From Bacteroidia bacterium (GTDB lineage: Bacteria > Bacteroidota > Bacteroidia > M30B66), in the NCBI GenBank assembly GCA_965279035.1, contig OZ257142.1:2784001-2848000 (forward strand): a stretch of 64,000 nucleotides of DNA, written 5' to 3'. Under the pieces are notes generated by a model, which was given only the letters and a program-made list of their open reading frames with translations, had not been told where the DNA came from and ran no database searches. The translations under genes and the position numbers were made by a program. Within the stretch, counting starts at the first letter, position 1. Each line of letters starts with the position of its first letter. This document shows, piece by piece, positions 49,884 through 59,116 of the stretch.

Positions 49884-51700
49884 GATTTCAGGTATTTTTC
49901 GGTACGCGTTAATAGAGAAACTGAATCGGTAAACACTTGCTGCATTCCGGAACTCGCACCTGGTGCAAAACGTGCAAATTCGCAGGCATCGAGCAATCGA
50001 ATTAATTCATTGCATTCGAATTCAGGAACCTTTTTTCCGTTTAATTCAAATAGGATTTTAGGTCGAGCTAATTCAGCTACCGGAATTTGTAATTTATCGC
50101 TCAAATAGCCATACAAAGCACGATATACTTCTTCGTAAAACTCATCTTTCTTATCGGCTTTCAATAATTCATTGGCTTTTTTCAAGCGTTTTTGAGCCAT
50201 GCTTCCCGCTTCTTTCATGCGATACAATCCAGAATTAGCTGAGCGATCGGCTTTTTTACGACGGATAAATAAGAGCAGAATTAAACTCAAAGGTGGAATT
50301 GCCGAAAAAGCATAAAATCCAGTTGAAAGAAAAAATGGCTTTTCATCTAATGGCTCAAAGGCATGCGTATTTTTCTTATTAAATCGAATATCTACAGCCA
50401 ATTGCTTGGGTGCTGATGCGGTTCCTGAACGGACAATATTACTTTGATCTCCTGCGGTTTTCTCCACATTCACCACCATGCGTGGAATGGTTACCGTTTG
50501 AAAAGCTCGTTTCGTTGGTGAAAAAAAAGTATAGGTAAATGGTCCTAAAAAATACTCTCCTCCAGCACGTGGAATAAGTAAATATTCAAAAGTTCTCGAT
50601 CCCGACATTCCCGATTCAGAAATTGAGATTTTGTCTTTGGTTTGAGGATCATAGGCTTCAAATTCGGGTGGAAAAGTGAGTGCCGGAGCTTCGAGTAATT
50701 TAAAATTTCCTTTTCCCGAAACACTGAATTTCAAATTCACAGGATCGCCCGAACGGACTTTGTTTTTATCGATTTCGGCTGTTACGGTTAACTCGCCGGT
50801 AGCACCATTAAAATCGGCTGGTTTGGCGGTTGATGGATGCGCTAGCACATTGATATTCAAAGACTGACTTTTCACTTTCACACTCACATCGCGGTATCCA
50901 CCACCGAAAAACTGATCGAAGAAATTTTGAGAATTCACGCGTTCACGAACCAAACAGGTTGCGTCCAAAGTTGGGATTTCAAGCTTTCCGCTTTTTTGAG
51001 GAAAGAGCAGCGTTTTCTTTAATTCGGCAGTATAATATTGAGAACCATTATAGGATTCTGTTTCGAGTTTATCGTTTTTCCCCATGGGTATTTCTTCGGT
51101 ATAAAACCCGTTGAATGTGGGCAGTTTCAGATCGGAGAAATTGATCTGTCCATACTTCGAATAAATCTTATACGTGACCGAAATCTGTTCACCCAAATAC
51201 ACCGATGATTTATTCACGATAGCACGAATAAACAATTTATCACCAGCACTTTCATTGATGGGCTGATTCGATTGCCCTGGATTATTTCGAGAATTAGGAT
51301 TGGGCGTGTTTTGATTGTTCGTTGTTGGATTGCCTTTAACGACTTCAATTTGCACCTCATTAGAACGAACACGACCATTAGCAACATTGATTGTTGCAGG
51401 TTTTAAGGTGTATTTTCCTTCTTTACGAGGTGATAGAATGTAATAGAAGCTGAGAGTTTGAGAAACAGCTCCATTGATTATTTGCATGCTCGTATTTTGG
51501 TTGGGACCCGAATACACATCGAATGCACTTAAATCCGGCCCCGTAAAACCGGCGGCATTGGTATTGACCGAATAGGTTAATCGAAACTGTTCGCCTACAG
51601 CTACGCGCGCTTTAGAAGCAGCACCACTAAATCGAACTTCCTGCCCTATGCTGAGTAGCGCAAAATGAACCAGACATCCAAGTATGAATAAACGTTTCAT
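49880..51700 (-). CDS. batD: BatD family protein
   Basis: Signal peptide, FDVYSGP, CEFARFAP; operon context. Confidence 0.9.
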   Translation of the reverse strand: MKRLFILGCLVHFALLSIGQEVRFSGAASKARVAVGEQFRLTYSVNTNAAGFTGPDLSAFDVYSGPNQNTSMQIINGAVSQTLSFYYILSPRKEGKYTLKPATINVANGRVRSNEVQIEVVKGNPTTNNQNTPNPNSRNNPGQSNQPINESAGDKLFIRAIVNKSSVYLGEQISVTYKIYSKYGQINFSDLKLPTFNGFYTEEIPMGKNDKLETESYNGSQYYTAELKKTLLFPQKSGKLEIPTLDATCLVRERVNSQNFFDQFFGGGYRDVSVKVKSQSLNINVLAHPSTAKPADFNGATGELTVTAEIDKNKVRSGDPVNLKFSVSGKGNFKLLEAPALTFPPEFEAYDPQTKDKISISESGMSGSRTFEYLLIPRAGGEYFLGPFTYTFFSPTKRAFQTVTIPRMVVNVEKTAGDQSNIVRSGTASAPKQLAVDIRFNKKNTHAFEPLDEKPFFLSTGFYAFSAIPPLSLILLLFIRRKKADRSANSGLYRMKEAGSMAQKRLKKANELLKADKKDEFYEEVYRALYGYLSDKLQIPVAELARPKILFELNGKKVPEFECNELIRLLDACEFARFAPGASSGMQQVFTDSVSLLTRTEKYLKS

Positions 51701-51712
51701 TGATTTTCTTTT

Positions 51713-52381
51713 TTACCAGTCTTTTCCAGTTCCGCCTTGTCCATTGCGGTTTTCCTTTTTCTCTGTTTTCTTCCTCAATTCTTTCTCATCTTTATCCAAA
51801 GCATCCAACATGCGCTCTGCTTCTTGACGATTGATATTCTGCTTTTTCTCTTCCTCTTTCTTTTGATCTTGCTTTTGCTGTTGCGGCTGTTTTTGTTGTT
51901 GCTGTTGTTGTTTCTGATCTTTATTTTGTTGTTGTTGCTGCTGCTGCTGTTGTTGTTGTTGCCTTAATTTTTGAAGCGCATACGATAAATTATACCGAGT
52001 GTCTTCGGCTTGTGGATCGAGTTTGAGCGCCTTCTTAAATGATTCAACACTTTTCTCATATTCCTTCGCCTTTAATTGGGCATTTCCTAAATTGTGGTAA
52101 ACCGAAGAAAGCTGTTTTTCATTTTTCGTTGTTCTACTTAATGAATCAAGCAATACAGAAGCTTCTTTGTATTTGTCTTGCTTATACAGCGCATCAGCTA
52201 AATTAAATTTCCCCGTCCAGGATTTATTATGTTTCTCCAATCCTTTGCGGTATTCAATTTCAGCATCATTGAATTTTCCGGCTTTAAACAAATCGTTTCC
52301 CTTACGAAAATGACTTGTTTCACTCTGTGCGAAACCGAAAATAGGAAGGCAGATATAGAAGAATAAAATGAGTTTTCTCAT
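51713..52381 (-). CDS. batC: BatC (TPR with Q/K-rich linker)
   Basis: YHNLGN TPR, poly-Q tract, AERMLDAL, terminal KDW. Confidence 0.88.
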   Translation of the reverse strand: MRKLILFFYICLPIFGFAQSETSHFRKGNDLFKAGKFNDAEIEYRKGLEKHNKSWTGKFNLADALYKQDKYKEASVLLDSLSRTTKNEKQLSSVYHNLGNAQLKAKEYEKSVESFKKALKLDPQAEDTRYNLSYALQKLRQQQQQQQQQQQQNKDQKQQQQQQKQPQQQKQDQKKEEEKKQNINRQEAERMLDALDKDEKELRKKTEKKENRNGQGGTGKDW

Positions 52382-53424
52382 CGGTTTTTTCGTTTAGTTC
52401 CAAAAATGTTTACCCTACGGGAGATGGCACTTCGGCGTTCATCAACAAGAAATTCAACAAGTAATAATAACAATGCAACAACAAGGAAATTCTGGAATCG
52501 GTCTTCGTAATCGGTAAATGCTTTTGTACCGAAATCGGATTTTTGCATGGTGTTGATTTGACTGAATAATTCCTCCAAACCAATATCACTTCCGGTTGCC
52601 TGAACGAATTTTCCACCGCCTGCTTGCGCCACTTCTTGTAGCATTTGAGGATTCATACGTGAAATAACAGTTTCACCATTTTCGTCCGTTTTAAAACCAA
52701 TGCGTTCCCCATCGCGCATCTCTGGAATAGGCGATCCATCAGGAGTTCCAATTCCTAAAGTATGTACAATCACTCCGGCTTCTTTCGCAGCTTTGGCTTC
52801 GGCTAATGCATCGTCTTCGTGATTTTCTCCATCGGTAATCACAATGATAGCTTTGTTTCGAACTCCTCCGCGAGGTAAACTTTTCACACCCATCTGTATC
52901 GCAGCACCGATTGCCGTTCCTTGGAATTGAATGCTTTCGTTACTCACTGTACTAAGAAACATGCGAGCAGCAGCATAATCGTTGGTAAATGGCAATTGCA
53001 GGTAAGCATCTCCAGCAAAAATCACAATCCCAATGCGGTCGTCGTGCAGTTTATCGAGTAATTTGATGATGGCTTGTTTAGCACGTTCGAGCCTGTTTGG
53101 ACGAATGTCTTCAGCCAACATACTATTGGAAACATCTAAGGCAATGATGAGATCAACTCCCTGACGTTTTACTTCTTCGTATTTAGAACCAATTTGAGGA
53201 TTGGCTAGGCCGATGATTAGAAAAATCCAAGCAGCTGCTAATAGAAAAAACTTCGTGCGAATTTTCCCTTGCGAACGATCGGGCATCAAGACTTCCATTA
53301 AGGCTGGATCGCCAAAACGCTTGATTGCTTTACGTTTCCACGACATCCGCGCAGCGAAAAGCAAACCGAACATCGGCAATACCGCAAGGCCCCAAAGAAA
53401 AAACGGATAGGCGAATCGGAACAT
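52378..53424 (-). CDS. batB: BatB (vWA domain)
   Basis: DVSNSM MIDAS and ITDGENHE. Confidence 0.9.
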   Translation of the reverse strand: MFRFAYPFFLWGLAVLPMFGLLFAARMSWKRKAIKRFGDPALMEVLMPDRSQGKIRTKFFLLAAAWIFLIIGLANPQIGSKYEEVKRQGVDLIIALDVSNSMLAEDIRPNRLERAKQAIIKLLDKLHDDRIGIVIFAGDAYLQLPFTNDYAAARMFLSTVSNESIQFQGTAIGAAIQMGVKSLPRGGVRNKAIIVITDGENHEDDALAEAKAAKEAGVIVHTLGIGTPDGSPIPEMRDGERIGFKTDENGETVISRMNPQMLQEVAQAGGGKFVQATGSDIGLEELFSQINTMQKSDFGTKAFTDYEDRFQNFLVVALLLLLVEFLVDERRSAISRRVNIFGTKRKNR

Positions 53425-53427
53425 AGC

Positions 53428-54459
53428 TTAAGGAATAGAACGCATTAAAGTATTACGTAACAACCATTCGGTAAAAAGAAACACAGCAGCTAAAAGCACC
53501 AAAGGCCAAAATTCTTCACGCTTACGACGAAATTCGGTGACATCAAATCTGGTCTTTTCTAACAAATCAATCTTCTTATAAATATCCTTCAAGGCTTCGT
53601 TATTGGTTGCACGGAAGTATTGTCCGTCGGTCATTTTTGCAATTTTCTCCAACAATGGCTCATCAATGCGCACTTCCACATAATCGAAAGCAAATTCACC
53701 GTTGGGATAACGATAAGCCGGAGAATACGCCATTCCACGTGTTCCAACGCCAATAGTGTACACCCGAATTCCATATATCTGAGCAATTTCGGCAGCCGTC
53801 AATGGTGAAACAGATCCAGCATTGTTTTCACCGTCGGTAATGAGGATGATGACTTTACTGGTCGATTTACTTTCTTTCAAGCGATTGACCGAAGTAGCCA
53901 AGCCCATTCCGATTGCAGTTCCATCAGCTAAGAAATCAGGCTCTGCCGAAGTGAGTAAATTTTTCAACACGGAGTGATCGATTGTCAGCGGACATTGCGT
54001 AAACGATTCTCCAGAAAATACCACTAAGCCAATGCGATCGTTCGGTCTTCCATCGATAAAATCCATCCCCACATTCTTGGCAGCTTCGAGTCGGTTGGGT
54101 TTGAAATCGCGAGCCAACATACTGGGCGAAAGGTCCATCGCAAGCATGATATCGATTCCTTCGGCAGTCATGTCTTGCCAAGCCAATTTCGTTTGAGGAC
54201 GAGCTAATGCCGCAATAACCAATGCTACCGTGATGCAACGTAATACAAAAGGCAAATGCATCAAACGAACAACAGCCGATGGTTTTCTCCCAATAAAAGG
54301 AGCCAATGTGGCCATTTGCAATTCGGGTTTTCCCTTACGTCCTTTGAAGATGTACCAAAGAATCATCATGGGAACGATGAGTAAAAACCACAATGCCCAA
54401 GGATGCGCAAACGTTACTTCGTCGAGAGGTGGCAAACGCAAACCATTCCACTCATTCAT
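53428..54459 (-). CDS. batA: BatA (vWA domain)
   Basis: LARPQ, DLSPSM, TDGENNAG, YTIGVG; start moved to ATG 54459. Confidence 0.9.
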   Translation of the reverse strand: MNEWNGLRLPPLDEVTFAHPWALWFLLIVPMMILWYIFKGRKGKPELQMATLAPFIGRKPSAVVRLMHLPFVLRCITVALVIAALARPQTKLAWQDMTAEGIDIMLAMDLSPSMLARDFKPNRLEAAKNVGMDFIDGRPNDRIGLVVFSGESFTQCPLTIDHSVLKNLLTSAEPDFLADGTAIGMGLATSVNRLKESKSTSKVIILITDGENNAGSVSPLTAAEIAQIYGIRVYTIGVGTRGMAYSPAYRYPNGEFAFDYVEVRIDEPLLEKIAKMTDGQYFRATNNEALKDIYKKIDLLEKTRFDVTEFRRKREEFWPLVLLAAVFLFTEWLLRNTLMRSIP

Positions 54460-55414
54460 GGCTTTCCTCCTTTCCTTCTTCTTTTGTAGATTGAACGATT
54501 TCGCGCGGACGCGTTGCTTCAACAAAATTCTTGGCTTGTTCTAAACTTCGTTCATGTTCAGCAGGAAGCGGTTTTTCTTTGGCGAATTTGACCAAATCGG
54601 CAAGCACTAGAATTTGACGCAAATGCTGAATGGCCGATTGATCAGCAAGGACTTTACGAACCATTGCGAGTGTTTCATCGGTTGTTGATTCTAATGCGGG
54701 AACCTGAAATTGTTCTTCAATATAGGCGCGTAATGTTTCTGAAATTGCCGAATGGTATTGCTTATCGCGCCCCGATTGCCAGGCTTTTTCTTTTCCAATT
54801 TCTTCCAATGCTTCCAATGCGCGTTGCCATGCCGGTGTTTTAGGTACTTCAGGAGCCGCAGGTTTTTCTGGACGTTTGCGTTTGAGCCACAAATAAATTC
54901 CAGCTATGAGTAATGCTGCTATACCTAGTCCAAGCAAAATCCAAGGAATGTATTCTCCAATATCAAAAGGTACATCTACCACTCCGTGAATGTCTTTGAT
55001 AGCTTTAGTCGTATCAACTGGCACAGTGAGAACTTGAAAAGATAACGGATCGGTTACCACATGGGCTGTATCGCCATTCGCAGAAATAATGTCGAATGCA
55101 AAAACAGGCATGGTATGCATTCCACTATCAAAGGAAGTCGCTTGAATTTTCTGTAAAAGCTCCATGCCTTTGAGATCAGCATCTGCCATGGTATCGACTG
55201 GACCTTTTTTGAGTATGTCGAAATGCGAACCGATTGAATCATTCACAAAAGGCCAAACCACGCGTTGTCCATCTTTGACGGTGGCTTTGAGCGTTAATGA
55301 AAATGCTTCACCAAGTCGAATCCGATACCGGTCCGACTTAACACTTGCCACCTGAGCAAGGACTGAAGACTGAATAAAGAAAAACGTGAAACAAAAGAAT
55401 AGAATACGTTTCAT
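54452..55414 (-). CDS. bat-operon membrane protein (DUF4381-like)
   Basis: Signal peptide, TSFDSG, TM helix, ALESTTDE, ADLVKFAK. Confidence 0.8.
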   Translation of the reverse strand: MKRILFFCFTFFFIQSSVLAQVASVKSDRYRIRLGEAFSLTLKATVKDGQRVVWPFVNDSIGSHFDILKKGPVDTMADADLKGMELLQKIQATSFDSGMHTMPVFAFDIISANGDTAHVVTDPLSFQVLTVPVDTTKAIKDIHGVVDVPFDIGEYIPWILLGLGIAALLIAGIYLWLKRKRPEKPAAPEVPKTPAWQRALEALEEIGKEKAWQSGRDKQYHSAISETLRAYIEEQFQVPALESTTDETLAMVRKVLADQSAIQHLRQILVLADLVKFAKEKPLPAEHERSLEQAKNFVEATRPREIVQSTKEEGKEESHE

Positions 55415-56283
55415 CGAGTTCCGCGGCGTTTAAAGAGGTTACTCAAAGGCTGAATGTAGGAGCGATCTGTATGCAATACTGCTTGATCTACACCGGCTTT
55501 ACTGAAAGCAGATTTCACAAAATCTTCGTGTTTTTTATAATGCACTTCGTATGCTTTTCGAACCGAACGATCGGATGTATCTACCCAAATGGCTTCTCCT
55601 GTTTCAGCATCGCGAAAACGAACGAGTCCAACATCGGGTAAGGCAATTTCGCGCGGATCGGTCACACGTAAGGCAACGATATCGTGTTTTTTATTCGCAA
55701 TTTTCAAGGTGTCTTCGTAGCCTTTTCCATAAAAATCGGAAAGCACAAAGGCGGTACAGCGTTTCCGAATAACATTGGTAAGAAAGCGCAAAGCTTGATC
55801 AATATTGGTGAGTCGGTTTTCGGGACGGAAGTCGATTAATTCCCGAATGATGCGAAGTATATGTGATTTTCCCTTTTTAGGTGGGATGTATTTTTCGATT
55901 TTATCGCTGAAGAAAATCACGCCGATCTTATCGTTATTCTGCATAGCCGAAAAAGCCAACACAGCGCAGAGTTCCGTTACGAGTTCCATTTTAAACTGCA
56001 CCTGTGTTCCAAAATCTTTCGAACCGCTCACATCAACAACTAACATAATGGTCAACTCCCGCTCTTCCTCGTACACCTTCACATAAGGATGATTTAACCG
56101 CGCCGATACGTTCCAATCGATTGTCCTCACATCATCACCCGGTTGATATTCCCTCACCTCCGAAAACGACATTCCGCGCCCTTTAAACGCACTATGGTAT
56201 TGCCCCGAAAACAACTGCGCAGAAAGTCCACGACTCTTGATCTCGAGCTTACGTACCTTTTTGAGAAGTTCTTTTTGTTCCAT
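55411..56283 (-). CDS. DUF58 domain protein
   Basis: GMSFSEVREYQPGDDVRTIDWNVSAR and VDVSGS. Confidence 0.93.
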   Translation of the reverse strand: MEQKELLKKVRKLEIKSRGLSAQLFSGQYHSAFKGRGMSFSEVREYQPGDDVRTIDWNVSARLNHPYVKVYEEERELTIMLVVDVSGSKDFGTQVQFKMELVTELCAVLAFSAMQNNDKIGVIFFSDKIEKYIPPKKGKSHILRIIRELIDFRPENRLTNIDQALRFLTNVIRKRCTAFVLSDFYGKGYEDTLKIANKKHDIVALRVTDPREIALPDVGLVRFRDAETGEAIWVDTSDRSVRKAYEVHYKKHEDFVKSAFSKAGVDQAVLHTDRSYIQPLSNLFKRRGTR

Positions 56284-56387
56284 TGTGTTGATGTGCTGGT
56301 GTGCTAGTTTGTTGATGTGCTAGTGTGCTAGTGGGTAATGTGCTTATGGCTGATGTGTAGGTGTGATGATGGGTTAGTGTGTTGATG
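56284..56387. repeat. Degenerate octamer array (TGTGYTRR)n
   Basis: tgtgttga tgtgctgg tgtgctag tttgttga tgtgctag tgtgctag ... about 13 units. Confidence 0.85.
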
Positions 56388-56478
56388 GAAGATTTGATAG
56401 TGTTTTAGTTGATGGTGTGATTATGTTTTGATATTGTGTGTGTTTGTGATTGAAGATGTTCAAATTTCAACAATGTTT

Positions 56479-56505
56479 GGTGCCTGAGTTTTTATCGAAG
56501 GCACC
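56479..56505. repeat. REP-like palindrome
   Basis: GGTGCCTGAG-ttttta-TCGAAGGCACC. Confidence 0.55.
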
Positions 56506-56527
56506 GTTTGGAGAGTTTTTTTTAAAT

Positions 56528-56884
56528 TTATTTGACAAGTGATTTCTTGGAGGTGCTGATGATTTTACTTAGCATCTTTTCAATAGATAACAATTGGCAT
56601 TCGGCATGAGTGTTTTCGGGCAAATGAGATGATAGTCGACATAGTCTTAACCAATAAGCTGATTCGTGTGCTTCTTTTGCAGCAATTTTAAGTTTAAGAA
56701 TGAAATCAATTTTACTTTCTGCATGTTGAGCTTCTGCAACGTTGGCTCCGATTGACGTTCCTGATTTAAAGAGTTGAAATGCTAATTCGCGTTGATCTTC
56801 TTTTTTTAATATTCGACTAAATCGAATTGTTTCTAAAGCAAAGTCCTCAGTAAGCTGAACGATTGTGTTTTGAGTAGTATTCAT
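56528..56884 (-). CDS. Four helix bundle protein (23S rRNA IVS protein / bAvd-like family)
   Basis: QLFKSGTSIGANVAEAQ.AESKIDFILKLKIAAKEAHESAYWL. Confidence 0.93.
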   Translation of the reverse strand: MNTTQNTIVQLTEDFALETIRFSRILKKEDQRELAFQLFKSGTSIGANVAEAQHAESKIDFILKLKIAAKEAHESAYWLRLCRLSSHLPENTHAECQLLSIEKMLSKIISTSKKSLVK

Positions 56885-57012
56885 AGAATTAATAAATAAG
56901 GTTTATTAAGTCTGTAAAATATCAAAACATTTTTCTCCTCATTTATTTCAAACACCTAAAACATCAACAACTCTGTTAAAAACTCATCAATCATCATTCA
57001 CCATCTAATTAA

Positions 57013-57047
57013 CAGCACATTAGCACACCAACACATTAGCACACCAA
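57013..57047. repeat. Octamer array complementary to 56284-56387
   Basis: cagcaca ttagcaca ccaacaca ttagcaca ccaa. Confidence 0.85.
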
Positions 57048-58034
57048 TCAAGGTACCTCCACCACATTCAATATCTCACTAATGATATTTTCTGTAGTGA
57101 TATTCTCGGCTTCGGCTTCGTAGGTGAGGCCAATGCGGTGACGTAAAACATCCATGCATACAGCACGAATATCTTCTGGTATCACATAACCGCGACGTTT
57201 GATGAAAGCATAGGCTTTTGCTGCAAGAGCGAGGCTGATGGATGCACGTGGTGAAGCGCCAAAACTGATTAAAGGTTGATACTTGGCGAGGTTGTGATCT
57301 TTCGGGAAACGCGTTGCGAAAACGATATCGACAATGTATTTCTCAATCTTCTCATCCATATACACCTCACGAACCACTTGACGAGCACGCAAAATCTGTT
57401 CGGGTTGAACTACTTTATTCGGTGTTGGATATTCTGCGGCTAGATTGCTACGGATGATTCGTGTTTCTTCTTCTTTCGTAGGATAACCAATCACCACTTT
57501 GAGCATGAAACGATCTACTTGTGCTTCAGGTAAAGGATAAGTTCCCTCCTGCTCAACTGGATTTTGTGTAGCTAAAACCAAAAAGGGTTCTGGTAGTTTA
57601 TGCGTTGTATCACCAATGGTAACTTGACGTTCCTGCATGGCTTCTAACAGAGCACTTTGAACTTTTGCTGGAGCTCGGTTAATCTCATCAGCCAAAATAA
57701 AATTGGCGAAAATGGGACCTTTACGTACGCTGAATGATTCCTGTTTTTGATTGTAAATCATCGTTCCAACCAAATCGGCTGGCAATAAATCGGGGGTGAA
57801 TTGAATACGACTAAAATGTGCATCAACCGTTTGAGCCAAACTTTTAATGGCCAATGTCTTTGCTAAACCCGGAACACCTTCGAGCAAAATATGCCCGTTT
57901 GCTAAAAGTCCAATTAATAATCGATCGAGCATATAATGCTGACCAATAATGACTTTATCGAGTTCCATTTTAAGTAATTCGATAAATGCCGATTCACGTT
58001 CAATCCGTTCGTTTATCTCGCGAATGTCTGCCAT
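57048..58034 (-). CDS. moxR: MoxR family AAA+ ATPase
   Basis: EGVPGLAKT, RIQFTPDLLPAD, DEINRAPAKVQSALLEAM; start moved to ATG 58034. Confidence 0.96.
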   Translation of the reverse strand: MADIREINERIERESAFIELLKMELDKVIIGQHYMLDRLLIGLLANGHILLEGVPGLAKTLAIKSLAQTVDAHFSRIQFTPDLLPADLVGTMIYNQKQESFSVRKGPIFANFILADEINRAPAKVQSALLEAMQERQVTIGDTTHKLPEPFLVLATQNPVEQEGTYPLPEAQVDRFMLKVVIGYPTKEEETRIIRSNLAAEYPTPNKVVQPEQILRARQVVREVYMDEKIEKYIVDIVFATRFPKDHNLAKYQPLISFGASPRASISLALAAKAYAFIKRRGYVIPEDIRAVCMDVLRHRIGLTYEAEAENITTENIISEILNVVEVP

Positions 58035-58319
58035 ATGATTTTTTAATTTGTGGCGCAAAGAAAGAAATATGATTCTCCAACGTCAAGATGTATATTTCTA
58101 AAAAATGTTAAAGATTTAGTTTGGTGATCAATCGGAAAGGGAAACGCGATTTTGAGTGATTCTGTATACTTAAAAATTGAAACCTCAAAACCCTTTACCA
58201 AATCAATTGAACAATCCAAACGTCAATGTTCGCCTTATTCGGGAAGGCTTTTACATTCTTCAATTGGAAATCACCAACAAAAAAATGTGAATGAATGAAT
58301 GACGATTACCTTTGTCGCG

Positions 58320-59099
58320 ATGCGCTATTTTATCCGTCTTCGTTACAAAGGCACCGATTATCATGGTTGGCAAGTGCAAAATAATGCACATGCAGTTCAG
58401 GCAGAAGTCAATCGTGCGCTTTCGTTGGTTCTTAGAAAAGACATCGAAACCCTTGGTTGCGGCAGAACAGATACTGGAGTTCATGCGGATGATTTTTATG
58501 CGCATTTCGACATTGATGAACCCATTGCATCTCCACAAGCAATCATCAATCGGCTCGATTCGATGAAAATTCCAGGTATTCAGTTTCGATCAATCCATCA
58601 AGTTGCTGATACTGCCCATGCACGATTCGATGCCATTCAACGTACTTACGAATACCGAATTATCCGCGAACGCAATCCATTTCTCGAAGGTTTAGCTTAT
58701 TTCTATTTTGGAAATCTCAACCTCGAATCGATGAATTCTGCTGCAAAAGAACTTCTTGGGAAAAAAGATTTCGGTGCATTTTCAAAAGCTCATACTCAAG
58801 TGTTTACCAATAACTGCACTATCACTAAAGCTCAATGGGAAGTTCAAAATGATGTGCTTGTTTTTACCATTACCGCCGATCGCTTTTTACGCAATATGGT
58901 GAGAGCCATTGTGGGAACTTTACTCGAAATTGGAATGGGCAAACGAAACATCACCGATATTTCCGAAATCATCGAATCTAAGAACCGCTCCGAAGCTGGG
59001 ATGAGTGTTCCTGCTTGCGGACTTTTTCTCACACAAGTGCTCTATCCAGAAACAATTCTTTCAAGGAATTCTTCGAGCATTTTACCCGAAATCAAATAG
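58320..59099 (+). CDS. truA: tRNA pseudouridine(38-40) synthase
   Basis: YKGTDYHGWQ, GRTDTGVHA, FLRNMVRAIVG; start ATG 58320. Confidence 0.96.
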   Translation: MRYFIRLRYKGTDYHGWQVQNNAHAVQAEVNRALSLVLRKDIETLGCGRTDTGVHADDFYAHFDIDEPIASPQAIINRLDSMKIPGIQFRSIHQVADTAHARFDAIQRTYEYRIIRERNPFLEGLAYFYFGNLNLESMNSAAKELLGKKDFGAFSKAHTQVFTNNCTITKAQWEVQNDVLVFTITADRFLRNMVRAIVGTLLEIGMGKRNITDISEIIESKNRSEAGMSVPACGLFLTQVLYPETILSRNSSSILPEIK

Positions 59100-59116
59100 T
59101 TTATCTTTGTCGCCAG

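Noticed and set aside
51850-51963. Poly-Gln CAA/CAG tract as a phase-variation locus
   Set aside because: Triplet, frame-preserving and typical of BatC linkers
56528-56884. Diversity-generating retroelement, suggested by the Avd-like protein
   Set aside because: No reverse transcriptase in the window and no TR/VR pair nearby; the RHS inverted arms differ at mixed bases rather than only adenines
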